From positions 149,275 to 213,274 of the IMG/VR virus record IMGVR_UViG_3300007735_000804: a stretch of DNA of 64,000 bases; one strand, 5' to 3'. Below, one piece after another: positions 38,255 through 45,769 of the stretch (positions are counted from its first letter, which is position 1; each line of letters opens with the position of its first letter). The notes beneath the pieces were generated by a model. The model did not search any database. It was not told the origin of the DNA and worked only from the letters and a program-made list of their open reading frames with translations. A program made the position numbers and the translations under genes.

Positions 38255-38418
38255 TTCTTTCCAAATCCTTTCGATGTTTTTGCTTCTAGTCCTGCAAGTT
38301 CTTCTTTTAGTGCTCGCAGTTGTTGTTTCATTTCTATAATTTTTTCTTCAGTATAAAGATGATCTTGCTTAACAAGTCTTTCAAGCAATTTTATCAATTT
38401 CCGTGCCCTATTAGTCAT
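38245..38418 (-). CDS. Small conserved hypothetical protein (57 aa); not in the ORF track
   Basis: Manual translation MTNRARKLIKLLERLVKQDHLYTEEKIIEMKQQLRALKEELAGLEAKTSKGFGKKWQ*; overlaps the thyX start. Confidence 0.7.
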   Translation of the reverse strand: MTNRARKLIKLLERLVKQDHLYTEEKIIEMKQQLRALKEELAGLEAKTSKGFGKKWQ

Positions 38419-38584
38419 CTAAATCAGAATCCTCAAAAATTTCGTCGTAATCTAGAATAGGTCTCTTTCTCACTTCTGGTTCTGTATATTTGTATGTAGA
38501 AGTGTCAGAATAAATTTCTGCTTTCAGAGAATCAACCAACAGTTCAAGATTACGAACAATCAGTTTTAGTTTGTCTTTGTCCAT
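38411..38584 (-). CDS. Small conserved hypothetical protein (57 aa); not in the ORF track
   Basis: Manual translation MDKDKLKLIVRNLELLVDSLKAEIYSDTSTYKYTEPEVRKRPILDYDEIFEDSDLDD*. Confidence 0.75.
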   Translation of the reverse strand: MDKDKLKLIVRNLELLVDSLKAEIYSDTSTYKYTEPEVRKRPILDYDEIFEDSDLDD

Positions 38585-38605
38585 AAGATACCATTCTCTT
38601 CGTCA

Positions 38606-38634
38606 ATTTTATCATAAAAAAAGGAGGGAATCAA
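38606..38634 (-). promoter_or_regulatory. sigma70-type promoter overlapping a terminator
   Basis: TTGATT-17 nt-TAAAAT with an extended -10 TG; the -35 hexamer forms the terminator loop. Confidence 0.55.
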
Positions 38635-38641
38635 CCCTCCT
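38616..38641 (-). terminator. Rho-independent terminator
   Basis: AGGAGGG-UUGAUU-CCCUCCU followed by a U-tract on minus. Confidence 0.8.
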
Positions 38642-38646
38642 AAACA

Positions 38647-38739
38647 TCAAGCAATTTGTGGTTGCTTTGCCATATTCAGTTGTGCTTCACGAAGACGCTT
38701 TTCTTTCAGCAGTTTTTGTTTAATAAGAATCAGTACCAT
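38647..38739 (-). CDS. 30-aa basic peptide (possible IF7/DUF4278-like); not in the ORF track
   Basis: AAGGA SD, then MVLILIKQKLLKEKRLREAQLNMAKQPQIA*, followed at once by a terminator. Confidence 0.55.
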   Translation of the reverse strand: MVLILIKQKLLKEKRLREAQLNMAKQPQIA

Positions 38740-38781
38740 TAGTTTGTTCCTTTACGTTATGATAATTTATACAAGTTTTTT

Positions 38782-38797
38782 TGTATAATGTGATACA
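38782..38797. promoter_or_regulatory. Consensus NtcA-binding palindrome
   Basis: TGTA-TAATGTGA-TACA (TGTA-N8-TACA) in the intergenic region 43 nt upstream of the 30-aa ORF. Confidence 0.55.
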
Positions 38798-38858
38798 ATT
38801 TTATAAAAATCTTAAGGGGCAAAAAAATTGCCGGGATTTTTTCCCAGCATTCGGTAAA

Positions 38859-39227
38859 TTACTTTCGCTTTTTCTTTTCGGGTGACTTATAACCCCAGAG
38901 TTTTGGATTGACTCGTCCATATCCAAAGTCAATACTCTTTAGATTATCACGAAACTTATCCCAGTACATATCAAATAATTTAACTCTTCCACCACGGGTA
39001 AGGTCAAAGCAAATCTTATCATCAACGAAATATTTCACAATATAAGCATCATTCGGCGCTTCCTTGGTGCAAACATCAGCATATGAACCATTCTCAACCA
39101 AAATGTCACAACCATAACGTGACTTACAAGTTTCTTTTTCTGCGGATGTCCAATGGTCCATGTGTTTTTCTGTATTTTGCGTTTCTTCAACTACATTATG
39201 AACTTGGCTCACGAACGTCCTCCCCAA
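38859..39227 (-). CDS. Conserved cyanomyophage hypothetical protein
   Basis: ORF track; C-terminal GYGRVNPKLWGY...KKKRK. True start uncertain. Confidence 0.7.
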   Translation of the reverse strand: MGRTFVSQVHNVVEETQNTEKHMDHWTSAEKETCKSRYGCDILVENGSYADVCTKEAPNDAYIVKYFVDDKICFDLTRGGRVKLFDMYWDKFRDNLKSIDFGYGRVNPKLWGYKSPEKKKRK

Positions 39228-39829
39228 TGAATATCTGGATATGCTTCCGCAACAATTTCTTTTGTAATTTTATACTTTTCACCAAGTTTTTTATCTTTTA
39301 CAAGACAAATAATTTCTGCTTCCAGAGGATGAAGACCTTGAAGAAGATTAATAAACATAGATTCTCTACGAATATTATTCAACCCATCATTACCACCTTT
39401 TACAAAGTGATAAAAATTTTTAAATTCTTTGCGAATTGTAGTATGCCCTTGTTTATCACTAGATCCCATAGAGAATGATCCAGTCTCATGCATTCTACGA
39501 ACTTCTTCTGTAATTTTTGTTGAAAGATTGCCATTATTCACCGTTTGATCATCAAATTCAGCATAAGGCACAGGACCTTGTGGCAGCATTGATATGATAG
39601 TCTCATCAAAGTTCCAAATAAAAATTGATTTGATTGATGAATCTTCGTATTTTTTCAAAACTTCAATTTTTTTTATATTGGATCTTTGACGGGAAACAAG
39701 ATCCAATACTTCAAAAATAAAAGGATTAGTTGGAAGATTATCAACAACTGGCGTAGATTCAGTTTGTTTTACTTGAAACGTTTTTGTTGTAGTTTTTTTC
39801 TTCTGTGTTGTTGTAGTCATGAAACTCAA
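39209..39829 (-). CDS. Conserved T4-like hypothetical protein (206 aa)
   Basis: RRESMFINLLQGLHPLEAEIICLVKDKKL...YKITK..V.EAYPDI.W. Confidence 0.8.
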   Translation of the reverse strand: MSFMTTTTQKKKTTTKTFQVKQTESTPVVDNLPTNPFIFEVLDLVSRQRSNIKKIEVLKKYEDSSIKSIFIWNFDETIISMLPQGPVPYAEFDDQTVNNGNLSTKITEEVRRMHETGSFSMGSSDKQGHTTIRKEFKNFYHFVKGGNDGLNNIRRESMFINLLQGLHPLEAEIICLVKDKKLGEKYKITKEIVAEAYPDIHWGGRS

Positions 39830-39855
39830 AATCTAGTGTCATTTATAATATTTAG

Positions 39856-40089
39856 TTAGTCTTCTTCATCTTCTTCTGGATCTTCATCTAAAAAATAATC
39901 AGGATTAAAACTAACTGCTAAAACTTCATCTGCAATTACATTGCCTTTATCATCAAAAAACTCTGGATGAAGTTTTGGTTTATCTTGATAATTCATCATA
40001 TATTCTCTGGCAACCCAACCAGTTATAAGTCCCACTACAAGAAACAATAAGGTTAGAAAGGAACCAAAAACTAAACTAACTGCTAACAT
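39856..40089 (-). CDS. Small membrane protein, conserved in cyanomyophages
   Basis: One N-terminal transmembrane helix, then HPEFFD..GN and an acidic tail. Confidence 0.75.
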   Translation of the reverse strand: MLAVSLVFGSFLTLLFLVVGLITGWVAREYMMNYQDKPKLHPEFFDDKGNVIADEVLAVSFNPDYFLDEDPEEDEED

Positions 40090-40324
40090 TTCTTTTACCT
40101 CGGGAAACTACTTTTCTTTTCCTAGACTTAAAGGAAAACTCAAAATAGATAGTGACTTCCCGATTCAGAAAGCAAACTATCTTCTCAAAAATAATGTGAA
40201 ACGGTTGAGTTTGCTTTCTTTTTCCTCCATATAGTATTAATTCAACACCACGATTTATGTGGTCCAAATTATTTATGTCAAGACTTGATGATTTGTTGTT
40301 CTTTGAGGAATTTGATTGTGTCAA
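40076..40324 (-). CDS. Hypothetical protein (start uncertain)
   Basis: ORF track; fills the gap between the glutaredoxin and membrane-protein genes. Confidence 0.5.
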   Translation of the reverse strand: MTQSNSSKNNKSSSLDINNLDHINRGVELILYGGKRKQTQPFHIIFEKIVCFLNREVTIYFEFSFKSRKRKVVSRGKRNVSS

Positions 40325-40520
40325 CGGATCCTCCTAGTTTTTTATCATCACAAATAACTTGTGGAAATGTAGAACCTTCACCAAATTCAGCATAAAACTC
40401 TTCTCTGGTAAAATGTTCATTAAGATTATAAACCACAAAGTTATTTCCTGTCAACTCTAATACTTGTTTGACTTTATAGCAATATGGACAATCTTCTTTT
40501 GAGTAAACTGTAAAATTCAT
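40278..40520 (-). CDS. Glutaredoxin (NrdC/NrdH-like)
   Basis: FTVYSKEDCPYCYKVK (CPYC) and STFPQV...LGG. Confidence 0.92.
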   Translation of the reverse strand: MNFTVYSKEDCPYCYKVKQVLELTGNNFVVYNLNEHFTREEFYAEFGEGSTFPQVICDDKKLGGSVDTIKFLKEQQIIKS

Positions 40521-40553
40521 AAGTAACAAAAGATTTATAGTAATTTATAATAG

Positions 40554-40580
40554 AAAAAAGGAGGGTATAAAACCCCCCCT
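40554..40580 (-). terminator. Rho-independent terminator closing the putative sRNA
   Basis: GGGGGGGU-UUUAU-ACCCUCCU followed by UUUUU on minus. Confidence 0.75.
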
Positions 40581-40654
40581 ATTAACCACCAACTCACCTC
40601 TTCACACCACCGAAGAGGGTCTTCACTCCCAAAGATACAAGGATTGTGAAGACC
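40554..40654 (-). ncRNA. Putative ~100-nt small RNA
   Basis: Lies between a perfect promoter and a terminator and has no credible ORF. Hairpin 1 is GGUCUUCAC/GUGAAGACC; hairpin 2 is CUCUUC/GAAGAG. Confidence 0.65.
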
Positions 40655-40659
40655 TTGTT

Positions 40660-40688
40660 ATTATAAAGGATTTATGTCTGTGTGTCAA
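40660..40688 (-). promoter_or_regulatory. Consensus sigma70 promoter of the putative sRNA
   Basis: TTGACA (40688-40683)-17 nt-TATAAT (40665-40660). Confidence 0.85.
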
Positions 40689-41130
40689 CAAGTCTTTCCC
40701 ATTCAGTTCCTTCTTGAACAACTCCATCACCATCACCATCTCTAGCATTTGGGTTATATCCATCAGCAATCATTTCTTCTTGAGTTTGTTCTACTGGTGC
40801 AGGTTCTTCTACCGGAACCCAAGGAAGAGGTAATGGAGTAATTGGAGGATTATACTTGCTTGCAATTTCATTTGCAAGAATTGTTTGTAAATATCCAATA
40901 TCAAGACTAGATTCTAACCAACCTACTACAATTTCTTCTGTTAGAGTTGAATAGTCGGCAAATGCTTCTGGATTTGGTTCTGGTAGGGGATATGAATTAG
41001 AAATTGATGCAGAAACACCATTCTCATCTTGCCCCGTAAGACCCCAATGAATCACTTTAACTACGTTAGTCAAACCATTTTCTGAAGGAGCACAATCTAA
41101 TTGAGAAATATTCCAAGTATAAGTAGTCAT
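40672..41130 (-). CDS. Conserved phage hypothetical protein of fibre-associated loci
   Basis: MTTYTWNISQLDC...VVKVIHW...F..YSTLTEE.V.GW; C-terminal DGDGDGVVQE. Confidence 0.75.
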   Translation of the reverse strand: MTTYTWNISQLDCAPSENGLTNVVKVIHWGLTGQDENGVSASISNSYPLPEPNPEAFADYSTLTEEIVVGWLESSLDIGYLQTILANEIASKYNPPITPLPLPWVPVEEPAPVEQTQEEMIADGYNPNARDGDGDGVVQEGTEWERLVDTQT

Positions 41131-41136
41131 TCTTCT

Positions 41137-41787
41137 TTAGCAGACACCATATTTAGCTTTGAGATTGTTACATTGCGTCTCTAAACTTTCAAATCCTTTG
41201 ACCGTCATCCAAGTTACCATTGAATATCGGTTGCCTTTGGTGACTGGTTCAACACCGTGACGATAATACCTGTTAGAAGGAAAGCATACTAAAAGACCTG
41301 GTTCAGGACGAATACGAATATGAAGATCTGGAAATACAAAATCACCACCTTCAAATTCATTATTGAGATATAAAACCATCGACAAATCACGGTCTACGGT
41401 CTTTCTCCAGAGTTGTGTTTGATCTGGTGCCGTCCATATACCCTCACCATCAATATGAGGTTGGTAGTGTCCTCCTACTCCATAACAAAGCAGTTGTGGA
41501 ACTTCACTACTATCCACTTCAAATTGATAAAAAGGATTGATGACTTGCTTGACAATATGATGCATCAGTTCGTTGACCTGTGGAAAGACAGGTTCAATTG
41601 GTGCGATTTGAGTATCTCTTGTTTTCTTATCAGTAATCCATTCAGTTTGTCTAGTTTGATTTGATTTATCTGGATCAAATACTGAAAGATCTTCTGTCTT
41701 TGAAGTTTTCATATGATGAACCAAAGCATCAATACCTTCTTGATTGATGACTTTTGGTGCAATCAAAACTTTGGATAATAAATTCAT
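41137..41787 (-). CDS. Prolyl-4-hydroxylase-like 2OG-Fe(II) oxygenase
   Basis: Y..GGHYQPHIDG...RDLSMVLYLNNEFEGGDF.F...PG.LVCFPS...HGVEPVTKGNRYSMVTW. Confidence 0.88.
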   Translation of the reverse strand: MNLLSKVLIAPKVINQEGIDALVHHMKTSKTEDLSVFDPDKSNQTRQTEWITDKKTRDTQIAPIEPVFPQVNELMHHIVKQVINPFYQFEVDSSEVPQLLCYGVGGHYQPHIDGEGIWTAPDQTQLWRKTVDRDLSMVLYLNNEFEGGDFVFPDLHIRIRPEPGLLVCFPSNRYYRHGVEPVTKGNRYSMVTWMTVKGFESLETQCNNLKAKYGVC

Positions 41788-41808
41788 TGAGTATGATGTA
41801 GTTGAAAG

Positions 41809-41815
41809 TATTTAT
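41809..41815 (-). promoter_or_regulatory. Late promoter ATAAATA overlapping the propeller-gene stop
   Basis: tatttat on plus; the same context recurs at 49129-49135. Confidence 0.6.
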
Positions 41816-44019
41816 CTGGTGGTGTTTGAAGATGCTCCAAAATATCCTTTTGATGTAGTGATTGGTCCTCTTGGTGATGGTGTTGCAGAATCATTAGAGA
41901 AATTGATACGATCTACTCTCGTATCTCCTGCTGGGCCAGCACCTGCAAACCAACTATAATTAGAATTTCCTGTTGCTCCTCCAGCATGTCTTGTTATACT
42001 TAATGGTGCTCTTGGTGTTGCAGTCGATAAATCATTTGAAAAATCCATACGATCTACTGTTCCCACTTGCACTGAAGTAAATCCACCAGCAAACCATCCA
42101 TAGTTAGAATTTCCTGCTGCCATTATATAATATCTTGCTTGACTTAATGATCCTCTTGGTGATGCCTGAACTGAATCATTAGAGAAATCTATGCGATCTA
42201 CTATTTCTGTTGCTGCTAATGGAGATGGAATACGTCCACCACCAAACCAACCATAGTTAGAATTTCCTACTGCGCCCAAAGCATATCTTCCAGCACTTAA
42301 TGGTCCTCTAACAGATGCTGTTGAGGAATCATTGGAGAAATTGATACGATCTACTCTGCTATTTGTTGCTACTGGATTTCCACCACCAAACCAACCATAG
42401 TTAGAGTTTCCTGTTGCCGCACCTACTGCTCTTCCTGCAATTAATGGACCTCTAACTGATGCCGTTGCAGAATCATTAGAGAAATCTACACGATCTACTG
42501 TTGATACAAAAGAAGTTCCACCACCATACCAACCATAATTAGAGTTTCCTGTTGATGATGTATATCCTCTTGCAGAACTTAATGGTCCTCTCAGTGGTGC
42601 TGTTGCAGAATCATTAGAAAAATCTATACGGTCTACTGTTGATACTGGTCCTGGAGTTCCACCACCAAACCAACCATAAGACCCTGCTTTTTGTAAGCGA
42701 ATGCTTGAAGACTTTGCTTGTCCTGATGTTGCTGCAAATTTACCTCTTAAAATGGATGCTGATAATGGACCCCTAACTGATACTGCTACCGAATCATTCG
42801 AGAAATCTATGCGGTCTACTGCACTTAATGGACTTCCTGGTGGATTAAGTCCTGCACCAAACCAACCATAATTGGTGTTTCCTGTTGATGCCATAGCCCA
42901 TTTTGCGTCACTCAATGGACCTCTAGTAGTTAATGATCCTAAATCATTTGAAAAATCTATTCTTAAAATTGTGGAAACATATATTGACGGAAAAACGCCA
43001 AGATTTCCACCACCAAACCAACCATAGTTAGAGTTTCCTACTGCTCCTAAACCATATCTTCCAGAACTAATTGGACTTCTTGGTGATGCTGTTGAAGAAT
43101 CATTAGAGAAATCTATACGGTCTACTCTTGATAATGGTCCAGGAGTTCCACCAACCCACCAACCATAGTTAGAGTTTCCTGTTGCACTTGAATTATATCT
43201 TGCTGAAGTCAATGAACCCCTTACTAATGCTGTTCCAGAATCATTTGAAAAGTCTATACGGTCTACTGTTGATACTTTTGCTGGGAGACCACCACCACCA
43301 AACCAACCATAATTAGAGTTTCCTGTTGCACTCGGTCCTATATACTTTGCTGCACTTAATGTCCCTCTTACAGAGGTTGAACCAGAATCATTAGAAAAAT
43401 CTATACGTTCTACTGATGATAATGGTCCAGGAATTCCACCACCAAACCAACCATAGTTAGAGTTTCCTGTTGCTGCTAATAAACCTTTACTAGCACTTAA
43501 TGGTCCCCTAATATTTGCAGTTCCAGTATCATTCGAGAAATCTATACGATCTACATTAGATGCTGTTCCAGGAAATCCTTTACCAGCAAACCAACCATGA
43601 GTCTGAGCACTACTCCAAGTCGTATTTGTAACATTACCATCAGTCAGTAACTGAACATAACCAATCGTAGTTGCTCCAATACTTGCAGCAACAGGACCAA
43701 CATAACCAGTCGTTGCATAAGAAACTGTTGTGGTTCCTGCAAATCCTGTAACAACAAAAGTTCCATTGTATCCAGTGAGAGCAACTCCTGCTTGCGAAAT
43801 ACTTGAAACTCCAATAATTGCACCAGTATAAAAAGGAGTTGTTGTTAATCCAGCAGCATTTGAAAGATTAAGTGTAACTGTTCCACTGCTAAAAGAACCA
43901 CCAGTAATCGCAATACCTGCAGAAGATGATGCTGGATTAATATCAACTACCGAAACCGTAATCGGATTTGATTTGTTTAGAAAAATCGCATCAAGTCCAA
44001 ATACGTCTCCTGCTGGCAT
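41812..44019 (-). CDS. Kelch-like double beta-propeller protein C (12 blades) with an inserted N-terminal beta domain
   Basis: 12 repeats of GWFGGG-x-VDRIDFSNDS...RGPLS.AR...ATGNSNY in two sets of six, joined by TSGQAKSSSIRLQKAGSY. Confidence 0.8.
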   Translation of the reverse strand: MPAGDVFGLDAIFLNKSNPITVSVVDINPASSSAGIAITGGSFSSGTVTLNLSNAAGLTTTPFYTGAIIGVSSISQAGVALTGYNGTFVVTGFAGTTTVSYATTGYVGPVAASIGATTIGYVQLLTDGNVTNTTWSSAQTHGWFAGKGFPGTASNVDRIDFSNDTGTANIRGPLSASKGLLAATGNSNYGWFGGGIPGPLSSVERIDFSNDSGSTSVRGTLSAAKYIGPSATGNSNYGWFGGGGLPAKVSTVDRIDFSNDSGTALVRGSLTSARYNSSATGNSNYGWWVGGTPGPLSRVDRIDFSNDSSTASPRSPISSGRYGLGAVGNSNYGWFGGGNLGVFPSIYVSTILRIDFSNDLGSLTTRGPLSDAKWAMASTGNTNYGWFGAGLNPPGSPLSAVDRIDFSNDSVAVSVRGPLSASILRGKFAATSGQAKSSSIRLQKAGSYGWFGGGTPGPVSTVDRIDFSNDSATAPLRGPLSSARGYTSSTGNSNYGWYGGGTSFVSTVDRVDFSNDSATASVRGPLIAGRAVGAATGNSNYGWFGGGNPVATNSRVDRINFSNDSSTASVRGPLSAGRYALGAVGNSNYGWFGGGRIPSPLAATEIVDRIDFSNDSVQASPRGSLSQARYYIMAAGNSNYGWFAGGFTSVQVGTVDRMDFSNDLSTATPRAPLSITRHAGGATGNSNYSWFAGAGPAGDTRVDRINFSNDSATPSPRGPITTSKGYFGASSNTTR

Positions 44020-44030
44020 TTACTTTCTCC

Positions 44031-45764
44031 TTATGAGTTTCTGGATTCTAAAAGTTGTTGATGTTGTTCGGTTCCAGGTGCAAGCAAACCAAGGTCAGTA
44101 TTTGTGACTTCTTCAATACCACGAAGAACTTTCTCTTGCAGAGTATTCAGGAATCTTTCTGGATCATTAATCGCATCGGCAAGAGAACCATAACCATTTT
44201 TGATTCGGTTAGTATCATCACTTACAAGAGTAGGAGCAGTTCCTCTTCTCATTGAGTGAAGATTGCCGATGCTAATACCAGTCTTGGAACTTACCATTTC
44301 ATCCAGAGATTGCTCTGCAAAACGACGTTCCCAGTAAACATGATCTTCTGCTTCAAACTGTTCTCTGGTGACTGTCTTACCACCATTCAGTTCAATCAAA
44401 CGATTAATAATCTTATCAAAGAAATTCATTTGCTGAATACGATCACGAATCTCTAACTCACAAGATTTCAAATAGTTTTGAATCGATAGTGAATCCAAAT
44501 CGTGCCAGTAGAGTTTTGTTGAACCACCATTAGGTCCTGAAGTATGCCACTCTACAGGTTCATCAGTATTCTTACCTTTCCAACGATACTCAAACTCACG
44601 AACCTTTTCTTTCATTTCAATCAGTTTCTGCATATAACCTTCAGCAAGAATACGACGATTCTTAATTGCTGCCTGGAATGCTGCAGGAACTGTGTATTGC
44701 TCTAGTAGAAAGAACTTCTCAATCTGGAAATTAGTTCTTCCTTGTGCGAGTTCTTTATCTGCTTCTTCCCAACGAAGCACTTCTTGAAATGCCTGTTGTA
44801 AATATTCTTCGTTACTTACTGCTTCCTCTGGGGAAATAATTTGCAGTTGGTTACAATTTTCAGTCATAGTGTTTTTACTAAATGGTTCTAATGTTTGTTT
44901 CCAAACGTTTGCAATTTTTTTCCAATCATAAGTTTCAGTAGCATAATGTGAAACAGATTGTGAAATTTGGTCGTAGTATTGCCTGTCGTTATCAAAGAAA
45001 TATAATGCAGATTTACAGGCATCTATAAAGTTATTTAGGAAGTTATCTGTAACTTCATATCCTCTGGTGGTTCTTGTGCCCTCCATAGGAACGATGTTTG
45101 CAATCTCATTGGACACTTCTGGAAGTGCTCCAATATCTGTAAGAATTGGAAAGCATCCACACGCCATCGCTTCTGCTAATGAAACACAAAATGTCTCTTC
45201 CCAGATATTAGGATGAATGAAGAAAGCAGCATCTTGTAAGTGCTCTATCAGTTCTTCCTGGTCTACTGCTGGTGAGTAAATCACATTTGGAAGTGACTTA
45301 AGATACTCATAAAGTTCTGTGTATGGGTCTTCTTGAATATCATACAGATTCATCGCAGAGAAAATCTTGAATGTTGCCTCTGGAATATGAGGAATGATTT
45401 GTGCTAATACTTCAAGACCTTTATAAGGTATAGAAGTATAGATAAAGGTCTTTGATTTTTTGTTTGAGTATGTGAACTTCTTTGATACTCCTGTTGGTAT
45501 TGTGACGATTTTATGTTCTGGAATTTTATGATACTTAATAAACTGCTCTCGGCACCAGTTGGATGGAGAGACAATTAAATCACAAATTGAAAAATCAAAG
45601 TTGAGATAATGTGGTTGGTCGTATGAATGTTGAGTCCACAGAACTTTGACTGGTTTATTTGATTGTTGAAGTTCTTGTGGTAGATGAGAAACGATAATGT
45701 TTTCTGGAAACTTATAATATTCCTCAAGAAAGTAATAAGAACTTTCACTTGCTCCTGATTTCAT
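44031..45764 (-). CDS. GT-B (GT4-like) glycosyltransferase fused to a C-terminal helical domain
   Basis: MKSGASESS, YTSIPYKGLEVL, FFIHPNIWEETFCVSLAEAMACGCFPILTDIGALPE; C-terminal ~280-aa coiled-coil-rich domain. Confidence 0.85.
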   Translation of the reverse strand: MKSGASESSYYFLEEYYKFPENIIVSHLPQELQQSNKPVKVLWTQHSYDQPHYLNFDFSICDLIVSPSNWCREQFIKYHKIPEHKIVTIPTGVSKKFTYSNKKSKTFIYTSIPYKGLEVLAQIIPHIPEATFKIFSAMNLYDIQEDPYTELYEYLKSLPNVIYSPAVDQEELIEHLQDAAFFIHPNIWEETFCVSLAEAMACGCFPILTDIGALPEVSNEIANIVPMEGTRTTRGYEVTDNFLNNFIDACKSALYFFDNDRQYYDQISQSVSHYATETYDWKKIANVWKQTLEPFSKNTMTENCNQLQIISPEEAVSNEEYLQQAFQEVLRWEEADKELAQGRTNFQIEKFFLLEQYTVPAAFQAAIKNRRILAEGYMQKLIEMKEKVREFEYRWKGKNTDEPVEWHTSGPNGGSTKLYWHDLDSLSIQNYLKSCELEIRDRIQQMNFFDKIINRLIELNGGKTVTREQFEAEDHVYWERRFAEQSLDEMVSSKTGISIGNLHSMRRGTAPTLVSDDTNRIKNGYGSLADAINDPERFLNTLQEKVLRGIEEVTNTDLGLLAPGTEQHQQLLESRNS

Positions 45765-45769
45765 AATGT

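Noticed and set aside
40594-40626. 10-codon GTG-start mini-ORF inside the putative sRNA
   Set aside because: The start codon is buried in the 9-bp stem with the SD-like GGGAG abutting it. The structure and terminator fit a non-coding RNA better, though Ribo-seq would be needed to exclude it.
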